A program made the position numbers and the translations under genes. From Candidatus Caldifonticola tengchongensis (GTDB lineage Bacteria > Sysuimicrobiota > Sysuimicrobiia > Sysuimicrobiales > Sysuimicrobiaceae), in NCBI GenBank assembly GCA_031432545.1, contig JAVKGX010000005.1, positions 70,168-134,167 on the forward strand: 64,000 nucleotides of DNA, read 5' to 3'. Shown here one piece after another: positions 30,925 through 40,740 of the stretch. Position 1 is the stretch's first letter; each line of letters starts with the position of its first letter. A model generated the notes under the pieces. It made no database searches, was not told where the DNA came from, and saw only the letters and a program-made list of their open reading frames with translations.

Positions 30925-32069
30925 GCGGCGTGGACTTCGATTTGACCGAGGCCCAGCGGATCGTGCAGCAGTCGGTCGGCGACTTCGCCGCGCGCGAGGT
31001 CCGGCCGCAGGCCGCGGCCTGGGACCGCGAGGGGAGGTTCCCGCACGAAGTGGTGCCCCGGCTCGCCGAGCTCGGGCTGCTCGGGATGACGATCCCGGAG
31101 CAGTACGGCGGCAGCGAACTCGACACGGTGAGCATCGCGCTGGCGATCGAGCGCATCGCCTGGGCCGACGGCGCGCTCGCGCTCACCGTTGCTTCGCACA
31201 ACTCGTTGTGCGCGTCGCACATCGCACGCTTCGGCAGCTCGTGGCAGAAAGCGAGGTACCTGCCGCCCCTGGCGGCCGGGGAGGCATTGGGTGGGTGGTG
31301 CCTGACCGAGCCCCACGCCGGCAGTGACGCTGCAGCGATCCGGACCCGAGCGGAACGGCGCGGGAGCGTGTACGTGCTCAACGGTTCCAAGGTCTTCGTG
31401 ACGCAGGGGTCCGTTGCCGGCGTGTACGTCGTGCTCGCCGTGACCGATCCCACGCGCGCGCGAGAGGGGATCAGTGCATTCATCGTCGAGCGCCAGACAC
31501 CCGGTGTGAGGGTGGGCAAGAAGGAGGACAAGCTGGGTCTACGCGCGTCCGACACCGCCGAGGTCGTCTTCGAGGATGCCGAGGTGCCGGAGGACAACCG
31601 CATTGGTGAGGAGGGCGCCGGATACGAGCAGGCGATGCGGGTGCTGGAAGGCGGCCGCATCGGAATCGGCGCGATGGCGGTGGGGATCGGGCGGGCGTCG
31701 CTGGAGGCGAGCCTCGCGTACGCGCGGCAACGGCACGCGTTCGGGCAACCCATCGCGCAGTTTCAGGCGGTGCAGTGGATGCTGGCCGACATGGCGATGG
31801 AGCTGGACGCCGCGTGGCTGCTGGTTCTGCGCTCGGCGTGGCTCGCCGATCGGCAGCTGCCGTTCCGGCGCGAAGCGAGCATGGCCAAGCTGTACGCCTC
31901 CGAGGCGGCGCGGCGAGCCACCAACAAGGCCGTCCAGATCCATGGCGGGTACGGTTTCATCAAGGACTATCCGGTCGAGCGCTACTATCGCGACGTCAAG
32001 CTGTGTGAGATCGGCGAGGGAACCAGCGAGATCCAGCGGCTGATCATCGCCCGTGAAACGCTCGGGTGA
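30921..32069 (+). CDS. acyl-CoA dehydrogenase
   Basis: Signatures are [42 protein letters not shown] 30921 overlaps the rtcB stop (GTGA). Confidence 0.9.
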   Translation: MSGVDFDLTEAQRIVQQSVGDFAAREVRPQAAAWDREGRFPHEVVPRLAELGLLGMTIPEQYGGSELDTVSIALAIERIAWADGALALTVASHNSLCASHIARFGSSWQKARYLPPLAAGEALGGWCLTEPHAGSDAAAIRTRAERRGSVYVLNGSKVFVTQGSVAGVYVVLAVTDPTRAREGISAFIVERQTPGVRVGKKEDKLGLRASDTAEVVFEDAEVPEDNRIGEEGAGYEQAMRVLEGGRIGIGAMAVGIGRASLEASLAYARQRHAFGQPIAQFQAVQWMLADMAMELDAAWLLVLRSAWLADRQLPFRREASMAKLYASEAARRATNKAVQIHGGYGFIKDYPVERYYRDVKLCEIGEGTSEIQRLIIARETLG

Positions 32070-32141
32070 ATTCGATGAGCGGGGACGGACCCCGCTCCAG
32101 CGGACGGCCCTCCGAACCCCGCACCACGGATCACGGCGCCC

Positions 32142-33458
32142 ATGACCGGGGCCTGGCTGGTCGTCCTGTTCTTGATCTCCGTCAACGCGTTGTATGTGCT
32201 GGCGGAGTTTGCGGCCGTGAGCGTCCGCCGGACCCAGGTCCGCCGGTTGGCAGAGCAGGGCAACCGGCTGGCCGCCATGCTGCTGTCCGTCGTGGAGGAT
32301 CGCCGCGCCCTGGACACGTACGTGGCGGCGTGCCAGATCGGCATCACGTGGTCGAGCCTGGTACTGGGGGCCTACGGCCAGGCGACGCTGGCGCCCCGCG
32401 TCGCACCGCTGTTCGAGAGCTGGGGCGGGTTGCAGCAGGCCGCCGCCCACTCCACTTCGGCGGTGGTCGTGCTCGTTGGGCTCACGGCCCTGCAGGTCGT
32501 CCTCGGCGAACTCGTGCCCAAGTCGGCCGCCCTGCAGCACCCCACGCCCTCCGCCCTGTATACCGCGCTGCCCATGCGGTGGTCCCTGGCCGCCTACGCG
32601 TGGTTCATCCGTCTGCTCAACGGCAGCGCGTGGGCCGTGTTGCGCCTGCTGGGGATGGCGTCGACCGGCCACCGGCACATCCACTCGCCGGATGAGATCG
32701 AGCTGCTGATCGCGCAAAGCCGCGACGCGGGGCTGCTGGAGCCTGACGAGCACGACCGGCTGCGCCGGGCGCTGCGGCTGGCCCGGCGGCCGGTGCGGCA
32801 GTTGATGGTCCCCCGGCCCCAGATGGTCGCCCTCGATCTGACTGCGCCGGCCGACGAACTGGTGGACCGCGTCCTGACCGCTCCGTACACGCGGCTGCCT
32901 GCCTACGAGGGGTCGATCGACAGGGTCGTGGGCGTCCTGCACACCAAGGACTTCGCGTTGTGCTGGCTGGACGGCGCAGACGCCGCGTCCGTCCGCGCGT
33001 CGCTGCGGCCGCCCCTGTTCGTTCCCGAGAGCATGACGGCCGACCGGGTCCTGGCGCGGCTGCGGGAGGGGCGCAGCCACATGGCCATCGTGCTGGACGA
33101 GTTCGGCGGCGTGGCGGGGTTGGTGACGGTCGAAGACGTCCTCGGGGAGGTGCTGGGCGAGGTGGGCGACGAGTTCCACGCGCCCGAGCCCGCCCCCGAG
33201 CCGATGCCCGACGGACGCGTGCGGTTGCCCGGGCGGATGCCTCTCGACGAGGCCGAAGCGTGGCTGGGCACCCGATGGGAAGGCGAGTCCGAGACAGTCG
33301 GCGGACTGGTCGTCGAGACCCTCGGACGGGTGCCGGTGGCGGGCGAGCGCGTGAACGTGCGGGGCGTGGACGTCGAGGTGGAGCGCGTCGCGGGCCACGC
33401 CGTGCTGTCGGTCTTGGCGACCCCTCTGCGGCCGGACGGCGGAGGAGAGGATGGATAG
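32142..33458 (+). CDS. CNNM/CorC-family (DUF21-CBS-CorC_HlyC) membrane protein
   Basis: It has a DUF21 N-terminus (NALYVLAEFAAVSVRR), a CBS pair, and a C-terminal transporter-associated domain. Confidence 0.85.
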   Translation: MTGAWLVVLFLISVNALYVLAEFAAVSVRRTQVRRLAEQGNRLAAMLLSVVEDRRALDTYVAACQIGITWSSLVLGAYGQATLAPRVAPLFESWGGLQQAAAHSTSAVVVLVGLTALQVVLGELVPKSAALQHPTPSALYTALPMRWSLAAYAWFIRLLNGSAWAVLRLLGMASTGHRHIHSPDEIELLIAQSRDAGLLEPDEHDRLRRALRLARRPVRQLMVPRPQMVALDLTAPADELVDRVLTAPYTRLPAYEGSIDRVVGVLHTKDFALCWLDGADAASVRASLRPPLFVPESMTADRVLARLREGRSHMAIVLDEFGGVAGLVTVEDVLGEVLGEVGDEFHAPEPAPEPMPDGRVRLPGRMPLDEAEAWLGTRWEGESETVGGLVVETLGRVPVAGERVNVRGVDVEVERVAGHAVLSVLATPLRPDGGGEDG

Positions 33459-34764
33459 CTGGACCCCAGTGGCCGTCATCGCCGGTCTGATCCTGCTCAA
33501 CGGCGTGTTCGTCGCCGCGGAGTTTGCCATCGTCGGTGCTCCCCGCGCTCGCATCCAGTACCGCGCCGCGCTCGGGCACCGTCTGGCGCGCCGGGTGTGG
33601 GACGTACTGCAGGACCCGCAGCGGCAGGATCGCTACGTGGCCACCGCCCAATTGGGCATCACCTTCGCCAGCATCGGGCTGGGCATGTACGGCGAGCATG
33701 TCGTCGCCGACTGGCTCGCCGAGGTGTTCGGATCGCTGGGTGCCGGGCGCTGGATCGCCGCCCACACAGTGGGCAGCGCGACGGCGGTGGTCCTGCTGAC
33801 CTACCTGCACATCGTGCTGGGCGAGATGGTCCCCAAGGCTCTGGCGTTGCAGCGCGCCGAGCAGACGGCCTACTGGGTCACGCCGTTGATGGGGTGGCTT
33901 CGGACGGCCCTGTATCCGCTTGTGGCAGGATTGAACGGCGCGGGCAACAGCGTCCTCCGACTGCTGGGCATCCGACGGCAGGCGGCGACGCATCACTACT
34001 ACACACCGGAGGAGCTGCTGTATGTCGTGCAGGAGAGCGCAGAGGGCGGGGTGCTGCAGCGTGAGTCGGGGAGGATGCTGCGGGAGTTGTTCGAGTTCGG
34101 AGACCGCACGGCGGCCGAGGTGATGGTGCCGCGGGTGCGCATCGTCGGGATCCCGATCGGTGCCACGTCCCAGGAGATTTCCGCGATCCTCCGCGCCCAG
34201 CCACATACCCGCTACCCGGTGTATCGGGGTGACCTCGACCACGTGGTGGGCATGGTCCACATCAAGGATCTGCTGCGGCTGTACGGCGGGCGCCGATCGC
34301 TGGAACTGCCGGATGTGCGGTCTGTGCCGTTCGTACCGCAGACGGCGACCCTGACGGCCGTGTTGGCGGCGATGCGCCGGGCGCGCACGCAGATCGCGAT
34401 CGTCATCGACGAGCACGGGGGTACTTCGGGGCTCGTGACGGTCGAGGATCTGTTCGAGGAGGTTGTGGGCGATATCGAGGAATCGGGAGGGCGGCGTCCG
34501 GACATCTACGAGGACGACACCGGACGCGTGCGCGCGGCGGGAACGGCGAGGCTGGACGAAGTCGGCGAGCGCTTCGGGCGAGTGCTGGAGCACGAAGAGG
34601 TGGACACCGTCAGCGGTCTGGTGCTGGCGCTGCTCGGCCGGCCACCGGCGGTCGGTGATGCGGTCACCTACGACGGGCTGCGATTTGAAGTCCTGGCCGT
34701 CAAGGGGTACGGTGTGGAAGAGTGCGCGATACGACGCGTGGACGCAGAGGAGGGTTCGCGTTGA
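33451..34764 (+). CDS. CNNM/CorC-family (DUF21-CBS-CorC_HlyC) membrane protein, tandem paralog
   Basis: It has the same architecture (NGVFVAAEFAIVGAPR..., CBS pair, CorC_HlyC). It overlaps the upstream paralog by 8 nt. Confidence 0.85.
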   Translation: MDSWTPVAVIAGLILLNGVFVAAEFAIVGAPRARIQYRAALGHRLARRVWDVLQDPQRQDRYVATAQLGITFASIGLGMYGEHVVADWLAEVFGSLGAGRWIAAHTVGSATAVVLLTYLHIVLGEMVPKALALQRAEQTAYWVTPLMGWLRTALYPLVAGLNGAGNSVLRLLGIRRQAATHHYYTPEELLYVVQESAEGGVLQRESGRMLRELFEFGDRTAAEVMVPRVRIVGIPIGATSQEISAILRAQPHTRYPVYRGDLDHVVGMVHIKDLLRLYGGRRSLELPDVRSVPFVPQTATLTAVLAAMRRARTQIAIVIDEHGGTSGLVTVEDLFEEVVGDIEESGGRRPDIYEDDTGRVRAAGTARLDEVGERFGRVLEHEEVDTVSGLVLALLGRPPAVGDAVTYDGLRFEVLAVKGYGVEECAIRRVDAEEGSR

Positions 34765-35741
34765 TCACGACGGTTGTCGGCAGTTACCCGAAGGTTCCGG
34801 ATCTGCCAGCTCCCGGCAAATGGCGCACCGGGGCGGAGAAGCTGCAGCGCGGCCAGATCACCCCCGAGGCCTTTCGGGCGATCGAGGACGAGGTGACGCG
34901 GGAGGTGATCGCGGAGCAGGTCGAAGCGGGTCTGGATTTGATCACCGACGGCCAGATCCGGTGGGAGGACGGTCAGACCTACTTCGCGCGGCGGATGGGG
35001 GGCTTTTCGATCGACGGCCTGCAGCGGTGGTTCGACACGAATGTCTACTACCGGGAGCCGGTGTGCGAGGGCGAGGTCACCTGGCGGGAGCCGATCACCG
35101 TCGAGGACTACCGGTTCGCGGTCTCGTCCAGCCCTCGGCCGGTCAAGCCGGTGGTGACCGGGCCGTACACGATCGCGCGCCTGAGCCAGAACCGCCACTA
35201 CCCGACGTTTGCTGAGTTCGTGCTCGCGCTGGCGCGTACGTTGAACCGTGAACTCCACGCGCTGGCCGCCGAACGTCCGTCGTGGATCCAGGTCGACGAG
35301 CCGGCCATCACCCAGTACAAACCTGACTTTCCGCTATTCCGGGACGCGATGGCGGTTCTGGTCGAAGGCGTCGACGCGCCGCTGGCGCTGTACACGTACT
35401 TTGGCGACGTGGCCGGGATCTACCCGCAGATCCTCGATTTGCCCTTCGGTCTGATCGGACTGGACTTCGTTGCCGGCCACCGCAACTGGGAGGTGGTCCA
35501 AGACGCCCGGTTCCCGGACGACCGGGTTTTGGGTTTCGGGATCCTCGACGCGCGCAATACGCGCATGGAGACCGTCGACGAGGTACGGGCGGCGCTGGAC
35601 CGGGTGGCGAAGATCGTGCCGCTCGACCGCCTCCACCTCAGTCCCAGCGCCGGACTGGAGTTCCTGCCCCGCCGGGTGGCCAGGGCGAAGATCGCGCGGA
35701 TCGCCGAAGTCAAGCGCGTCGTCGAGGGGGTGACCGCATGA
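34761..35741 (+). CDS. MetE N-terminal-domain-like barrel protein (cobalamin-independent methionine synthase family, no zinc ligands)
   Basis: It has the VVGSYPK.. start typical of the family. However, YTYFGD replaces H.CY and SPSAGL replaces SPDCGL. TTG 34761 overlaps the upstream stop (TTGA) and follows a GAGGAGGG SD. Confidence 0.7.
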   Translation: MITTVVGSYPKVPDLPAPGKWRTGAEKLQRGQITPEAFRAIEDEVTREVIAEQVEAGLDLITDGQIRWEDGQTYFARRMGGFSIDGLQRWFDTNVYYREPVCEGEVTWREPITVEDYRFAVSSSPRPVKPVVTGPYTIARLSQNRHYPTFAEFVLALARTLNRELHALAAERPSWIQVDEPAITQYKPDFPLFRDAMAVLVEGVDAPLALYTYFGDVAGIYPQILDLPFGLIGLDFVAGHRNWEVVQDARFPDDRVLGFGILDARNTRMETVDEVRAALDRVAKIVPLDRLHLSPSAGLEFLPRRVARAKIARIAEVKRVVEGVTA

Positions 35742-36730
35742 GCGCGCTGCCGCTGTTCCCGACGACCACCGTCGGGTCGTTCCCCAAGCCGCCGTACCTC
35801 CTGGAGGCGCGCCGCAGGCGCCTGCGTGGGCAGGCCGACCCCGACGAACTCCGCGATCTGGAACGCCGCGCCACACGGGAGTGGATCGAGCGCCAGATGG
35901 CGCTGGGGATCGACATCCTGGTCGACGGCGAGATGTACCGCGGCGACATGGTGGCGTTCTTCGCCGACGAGATGGAAGGCTTCGAGATCGCCGGATTGGT
36001 GCGGTCGTACGGCAATCGGTTCTACCCGAAGCCGGTGGTGACGGGTCCGGTGGGGCGGCGACGGCCCATCACCGTCGAGTGGTTCCGCTATGCCCAGTCT
36101 CTGACCGATCGGCCGGTCAAGGGCATGCTCACCGGGCCGTACACGATCGCGGAATGGTCGTTCAACGAGTACTACCCGACACGGCGCGCGCTCGTCATGG
36201 AGCTCGCACGCGCGATCCACGAGGAGGCGGTGGACCTGGAGCGCGCGGGTGCGCGCTTCATCCAGATCGACGAGCCCGCCATCCACACGCGCCCAGACGA
36301 GGACTTCGCGCTGGCGGCCGAAGCGATGGAGATCGTGACTGACGGCCTGGGTGCTTACACGATCACCCACATCTGCTACGGGGACGTTCCGCGGATCTAT
36401 CCCGCGATGCTAAAGCTGGCGGTGAATCAGATCGACCTGGCGCTCAAGAACGAGGAGTTCGCGCTGCTGGAGACGTTCAGGCAGCACCCCTTCACCCGTG
36501 ACATCGGGCTGGGTGTTGTGGACGCCCACTCGCACCGGGTCGAGTCGGTCGAGGAGATCGCGCAAGGCATCCGGCTCGCCTTGGAGGTATTCGAGCCGCG
36601 CCAGATCTGCGTCTCGCCCGACTGCGGTCTGAAGACGCGGACGACGGAGGAGACGGTGGCCAAGCTGCGCGCGATGGTCACGGCCGCCGGGCTCGTCCGC
36701 GCGGAGGTCGCACGCGGGGTGGGGGCGTAG
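35738..36730 (+). CDS. metE: cobalamin-independent methionine synthase, catalytic (C-terminal-domain-like) subunit
   Basis: It has TTTVGSFPKP and the zinc-ligand motifs THICYGD and SPDCGLKTR. ATG 35738 overlaps the upstream stop (ATGA). Confidence 0.8.
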   Translation: MSALPLFPTTTVGSFPKPPYLLEARRRRLRGQADPDELRDLERRATREWIERQMALGIDILVDGEMYRGDMVAFFADEMEGFEIAGLVRSYGNRFYPKPVVTGPVGRRRPITVEWFRYAQSLTDRPVKGMLTGPYTIAEWSFNEYYPTRRALVMELARAIHEEAVDLERAGARFIQIDEPAIHTRPDEDFALAAEAMEIVTDGLGAYTITHICYGDVPRIYPAMLKLAVNQIDLALKNEEFALLETFRQHPFTRDIGLGVVDAHSHRVESVEEIAQGIRLALEVFEPRQICVSPDCGLKTRTTEETVAKLRAMVTAAGLVRAEVARGVGA

Positions 36731-37450
36731 GTGGCCGAGGTCCGGCGATCGCGCCGGCGGCGCCGCAGGCGCACCGCGGCTGTGGCGGCACCGGCCCCGA
36801 CCGAGGCGGGTCCGGGGACCGGGGTCGCCGACCTCCCCCGCGCCGTAACCGTCACCGGCCATCGGTACATCCGGGCGGCGCCCCAAGCGGTGTATGGCAT
36901 GATCAGCCGGCTGGAGCACCTGCCGCGATGGACGACGCTGTGGTTCCGGTCGGACGTGGTCGACCGAAAGCAGGGTCAGGTGACGGTGCAGTTGCGGGGG
37001 TACGTAGCAGGACTGCCGGTGGAATCGACGGTTCGGGCAACGCTGCAGCCCCCACGTGCACTCCAGTGGCGACAGCTGGCGGGGACGCTCCTGCACTACG
37101 GAGCGCGGTTCGAGCTGGACGGGGTCGAGGAGGGTACGCTCGTCACATATACGGTCCAGATGGAACCGGGAACTGTACTGCTGGGCGAGGGGGCCACCCG
37201 GCTCGTGCTCGTCGAGGAGGTCGAGCGCACCCTCGGTCGCCTGAAGATCAGCGCCGAACGCGAACTGGTGGCCGAAGAGATCCGGCTGATGAAAGCGAGG
37301 CCTGCGGGGTCGACCCTGGGGCCCACGGAAGCACCTCCGGCACCGCCCCCATCGGCCGAACAACCGACGACGGCCGGTGCCGCCGCAGAACAAGCAACCT
37401 CGGCACCGGCCAGGAAGCGGCGCCGCAGGAGAAGGCGGTCGCGACACTGA
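36731..37450 (+). CDS. SRPBCC (START/polyketide-cyclase-like) domain protein with poly-Arg N- and C-terminal tails
   Basis: The core PQAVYGMISRLEHLPRWTTLW...TLVTYTVQMEP resembles the SRPBCC fold. The tails are RRSRRRRRRR and RKRRRRRRRSRH. GTG 36731 lies directly after the metE stop. Confidence 0.55.
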   Translation: MAEVRRSRRRRRRRTAAVAAPAPTEAGPGTGVADLPRAVTVTGHRYIRAAPQAVYGMISRLEHLPRWTTLWFRSDVVDRKQGQVTVQLRGYVAGLPVESTVRATLQPPRALQWRQLAGTLLHYGARFELDGVEEGTLVTYTVQMEPGTVLLGEGATRLVLVEEVERTLGRLKISAERELVAEEIRLMKARPAGSTLGPTEAPPAPPPSAEQPTTAGAAAEQATSAPARKRRRRRRRSRH

Positions 37451-37599
37451 CCGAGATGCCGGCCGCCCCGCCCGGTCAGGCTACCAGCCCAGTCAATGGG
37501 TCGGCGGATCTATGATATAGTGACCTTGTCGATCCGTGTTCTCCACGATCCCTCTGCGCGCTTCCGGTTCCCAGCGAAGACTGACGAGGAGGTGCAGCC

Positions 37600-38892
37600 A
37601 TGACCTGTAGGACTCTGGCGGTCCTGGTTGGTGTGCTGTTGGTTGCAGCCGCCTGTGCGCCCCGGACGGGGGAGGTGGAGGCAGAGCGCATCGGCGGCAC
37701 GGTCACCGTGCTCGGGGTTTGGGGCGGGGCTGAGCTCGAGAGTTTCCGCGAGATGGTGAGGCCGTTCGAGCAACGCACCGGCATCACCGTGGAGTACGAG
37801 GGAACGCGCGATCTGAACGCCGTGCTCACGACGAGGATCCAGGCCGGAAATCCCCCTGACGTAGCGGGTTTGCCTGGGCCGGGTCAGATGGCCGAGTTCG
37901 CGCGGGCCGGCCACCTCAAGCCCCTGGACGACGTCGTGGACGCACAGCAGATGGGCGAGGAGTACGCGCAGACCTGGCGCGACTTGGGCAGCGTGGAAGG
38001 CCGCCTGTACGGGATCTTCGTGAAGACGTCCCTCAAGGGACTGGTCTGGTACAACCCGAAGGCGTTCCAGGCCGCCGGCTACCAGGTTCCGACGACGTTC
38101 GACGAACTGATGGCGCTGACGGAACGCATCGCGGCCGAGGGCAAGACGCCCTGGTGCATCGGCCTGGAGAGCGGCGCAGCCAGCGGCTGGCCGGCCACCG
38201 ACTGGATCGAGGTGCTGCTGCTGAAGTCGGCCGGGCCGCAGACGTACGACCAATGGTACCGCCACGAGATCCCGTGGGAGGATCCGGAGGTCCGCGATGC
38301 GTGGGAGAAGTTCGGGCGCATCGTCGGCAACCCGCAGTACGTGTACGGCGGGCGGCAGGGAGTGCTGTCGACGAACTTCGGGGAGTCACCGTTCCCGATG
38401 TTCACCGACCCGCCGGGCTGCTACCTGCACCACCAGGCGACGTTCATCCAGGACTTCATCCAGCGGCAGTATCCGAACCTGGTGGCGGGTGAGGACTTCG
38501 ACTTCTTCGCGTTCCCGGCGCCCAATCCGCAGTTTGCGAACGCGGTGGTTGCGGCCGGCGACCTGTTCGGGATGTTCAACGACACGCCGCAGGCGCGTGC
38601 GCTGCTCCGGTACCTGACGACCGCAGATGCGCAGGCCATCTGGGTCAAGCGGGGCGGGGCGCTGTCGCCGAACCGGCGCGTGAGCCTGGACGACTACCCG
38701 GATCCGTTGAGCCGACGGGCGGCCGAGATCCTGGTCGGCGCCGACATCGCGCGCTTCGACGCCTCGGATCTGATGCCGGAAGCCGTCAACAACGCGTTCT
38801 GGAGGGGGACGCTGGACTTCGTCAACGACCCCAACCGCCTCCAGGAGATCCTCGCGCGGCTGGAGCGGATCGCGCGGGAGTCGTACAGGTAA
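37600..38892 (+). CDS. ABC transporter sugar-binding lipoprotein (solute-binding family 1)
   Basis: It has a lipobox signal (LLVAAAC) and a family-1 SBP pattern (VLGVWGG.E...F, WYNPKAF, PWCIGLESG). No permease or ATPase genes are adjacent. Confidence 0.85.
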   Translation: MTCRTLAVLVGVLLVAAACAPRTGEVEAERIGGTVTVLGVWGGAELESFREMVRPFEQRTGITVEYEGTRDLNAVLTTRIQAGNPPDVAGLPGPGQMAEFARAGHLKPLDDVVDAQQMGEEYAQTWRDLGSVEGRLYGIFVKTSLKGLVWYNPKAFQAAGYQVPTTFDELMALTERIAAEGKTPWCIGLESGAASGWPATDWIEVLLLKSAGPQTYDQWYRHEIPWEDPEVRDAWEKFGRIVGNPQYVYGGRQGVLSTNFGESPFPMFTDPPGCYLHHQATFIQDFIQRQYPNLVAGEDFDFFAFPAPNPQFANAVVAAGDLFGMFNDTPQARALLRYLTTADAQAIWVKRGGALSPNRRVSLDDYPDPLSRRAAEILVGADIARFDASDLMPEAVNNAFWRGTLDFVNDPNRLQEILARLERIARESYR

Positions 38893-38913
38893 GCTGTTTC
38901 GTACCGGACTGCG

Positions 38914-40740
38914 CTACGGGTTGCGTGCACCGGACCCGTGCGCGTCCGCGGGGTGCGGTGCGGGTTCGTGGGCAAGGGGCAGCGCGAACGAGAAGACGCT
39001 GCCCCTGCCTGGCTGGCTGACGGCCCATATGCGCCCGCCCTGCATCTCGACCAGGTGGCGCGCGATCGCCAGGCCGAGGCCGCTGCCGCCCGAGCCCCGG
39101 GTGCGCGAGCGGTCCACCCGGTAGAAGCGCTCGAAGATCCGCGGGAGGTCATCGGGGGGGATGCCTCGGCCGTCGTCGCAGACGGCCACGACGGCCTCGG
39201 TGCCCTGACGGCTCAACCGCACGCGGATCTCCCCTCCCTCGGAGGTGAACTTCAAGGCGTTGTCCACGAGGTTGGTCAGAATCTGCTCCACGCGGTCGGG
39301 GTCGGCCACAACCACGGTCGGGTCGCTTGCCTCACAGACCAGGCGGACACCGGCCTGCTCCGCGCGCGGCTGGTGGCGGGCCGCCACCGCGGCGCACGCC
39401 TCCGCCAAGTCCACGGGGCGCGTCTCGAACGTCACCCCCTTGCTCTCCAGCCGCGACAGTTCCATCAGGTCGTCGACCATCTTCACCAGGCGGTTGGCCT
39501 CGCTCTCGATGATCTCCAGAAAGCGTCGGCTGTTTCGCTCGTCGCGCATCGCGCCACCCAGCAGCGTCTCGACGAACCCCTTGATGGACGTCAGCGGCGT
39601 GCGCAGCTCGTGCGAGACGTTGGCAACCAGTTCGCGGCGCAATCGCTCGGAACGGCGCAGTTCGGTGACGTCGCGCACCACGGCGACCGCCCCCGCCGGC
39701 AGGCCGCCGGTTGCGCGGATGGGACTGCACGTGACCTCGACCACACGGCCGGTTCCGTCGAGTTCGACCTCCTCCGACTGCACGCGCCCGTCCGCCGCCG
39801 CCTGCAAGAGGGAGACCAGGGTCGGATTGCGGATGGCCGCCGTGGCCTTCTTGCCGACCACGTCGTCGCCCAACCCGAGCATCTCACGGGCGGCACCGTT
39901 GAACAGCAACACGGTCTGGTCCGGTCCGACAGCGACGACGGCGTCGCGGATGCCGGCCAGTACGGCTTCCAACCGGTTGCGTTCTTCGCGGATCTGCTCG
40001 ATCGTCTCCGCCAGCTGTCGTGCCATCCGGTTGAACGCCAGACCCAACCTGCCCACCTCGTCGTGGGTGCGCACCGGCACCTGGCGGCCGTAGTCCCCCT
40101 GGCTGATGGCCCGCGCGCCCCGCTCCAGCTCGCCGAGCGGCCGGGTGATCGAGCGGCTGATGCGGAAACCCAAGAATGCAGCCGCGACCAGGGCCAGCAG
40201 GCCTGCTGTGAAGAACGCCCACCAGATCTGCTGAAGCTGGCGATCGACCCAGAGGCGGGGCGCGGAGACGTGGATGATCCCCACGACCTCCCCGTCTTGC
40301 ACGATGGGTGCTGCGGCGAAAATGCGCATCTCCCGGTTCCGGTCGTCCCACCGCTGCGCGGTGGCCGCATCGCCCTCACGGGCGCGCAGCACCTCGGGCG
40401 GAGGCGGCGGCTGATCGGATCCGAGGTGCGGCTTGATGCCCGTGGCGTCGCGGACGCCGACGTAAGCACCCTTCCGCCACTCGAACGACTTGGCGGCTTG
40501 TTCCAACGCTCGGAAGTCGGCCCCAGCCACCATCCGCGGCCGCAGGGCCTCGGCGATCACCCGCGCCTGGGACTCCAGCATGAGTTCGTAGCTGCGCGTG
40601 TACCGCCACTCGATCTGCCGCACGACGTAGAAGCCGGCCGTCAACAGGGCGAGAACCACGATGAGCAGGTAGCTGGCCAGCAGGCGCGCACGCAGGCTGG
40701 TCACGAACGCCGCTGCGCCGGACCGGACCCCGGCGGTCAT
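38914..40740 (-). CDS. sensor histidine kinase (TM-HAMP-PAS-HisKA-HATPase, PhoR/WalK-like)
   Basis: The H-box is VSHELRTPLTSIKGF. The N/G boxes are NALKFT, DDGRGIP, and GSGLGLAI. It overlaps the response-regulator gene by 4 nt. Confidence 0.9.
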   Translation of the reverse strand: MTAGVRSGAAAFVTSLRARLLASYLLIVVLALLTAGFYVVRQIEWRYTRSYELMLESQARVIAEALRPRMVAGADFRALEQAAKSFEWRKGAYVGVRDATGIKPHLGSDQPPPPPEVLRAREGDAATAQRWDDRNREMRIFAAAPIVQDGEVVGIIHVSAPRLWVDRQLQQIWWAFFTAGLLALVAAAFLGFRISRSITRPLGELERGARAISQGDYGRQVPVRTHDEVGRLGLAFNRMARQLAETIEQIREERNRLEAVLAGIRDAVVAVGPDQTVLLFNGAAREMLGLGDDVVGKKATAAIRNPTLVSLLQAAADGRVQSEEVELDGTGRVVEVTCSPIRATGGLPAGAVAVVRDVTELRRSERLRRELVANVSHELRTPLTSIKGFVETLLGGAMRDERNSRRFLEIIESEANRLVKMVDDLMELSRLESKGVTFETRPVDLAEACAAVAARHQPRAEQAGVRLVCEASDPTVVVADPDRVEQILTNLVDNALKFTSEGGEIRVRLSRQGTEAVVAVCDDGRGIPPDDLPRIFERFYRVDRSRTRGSGGSGLGLAIARHLVEMQGGRIWAVSQPGRGSVFSFALPLAHEPAPHPADAHGSGARNP

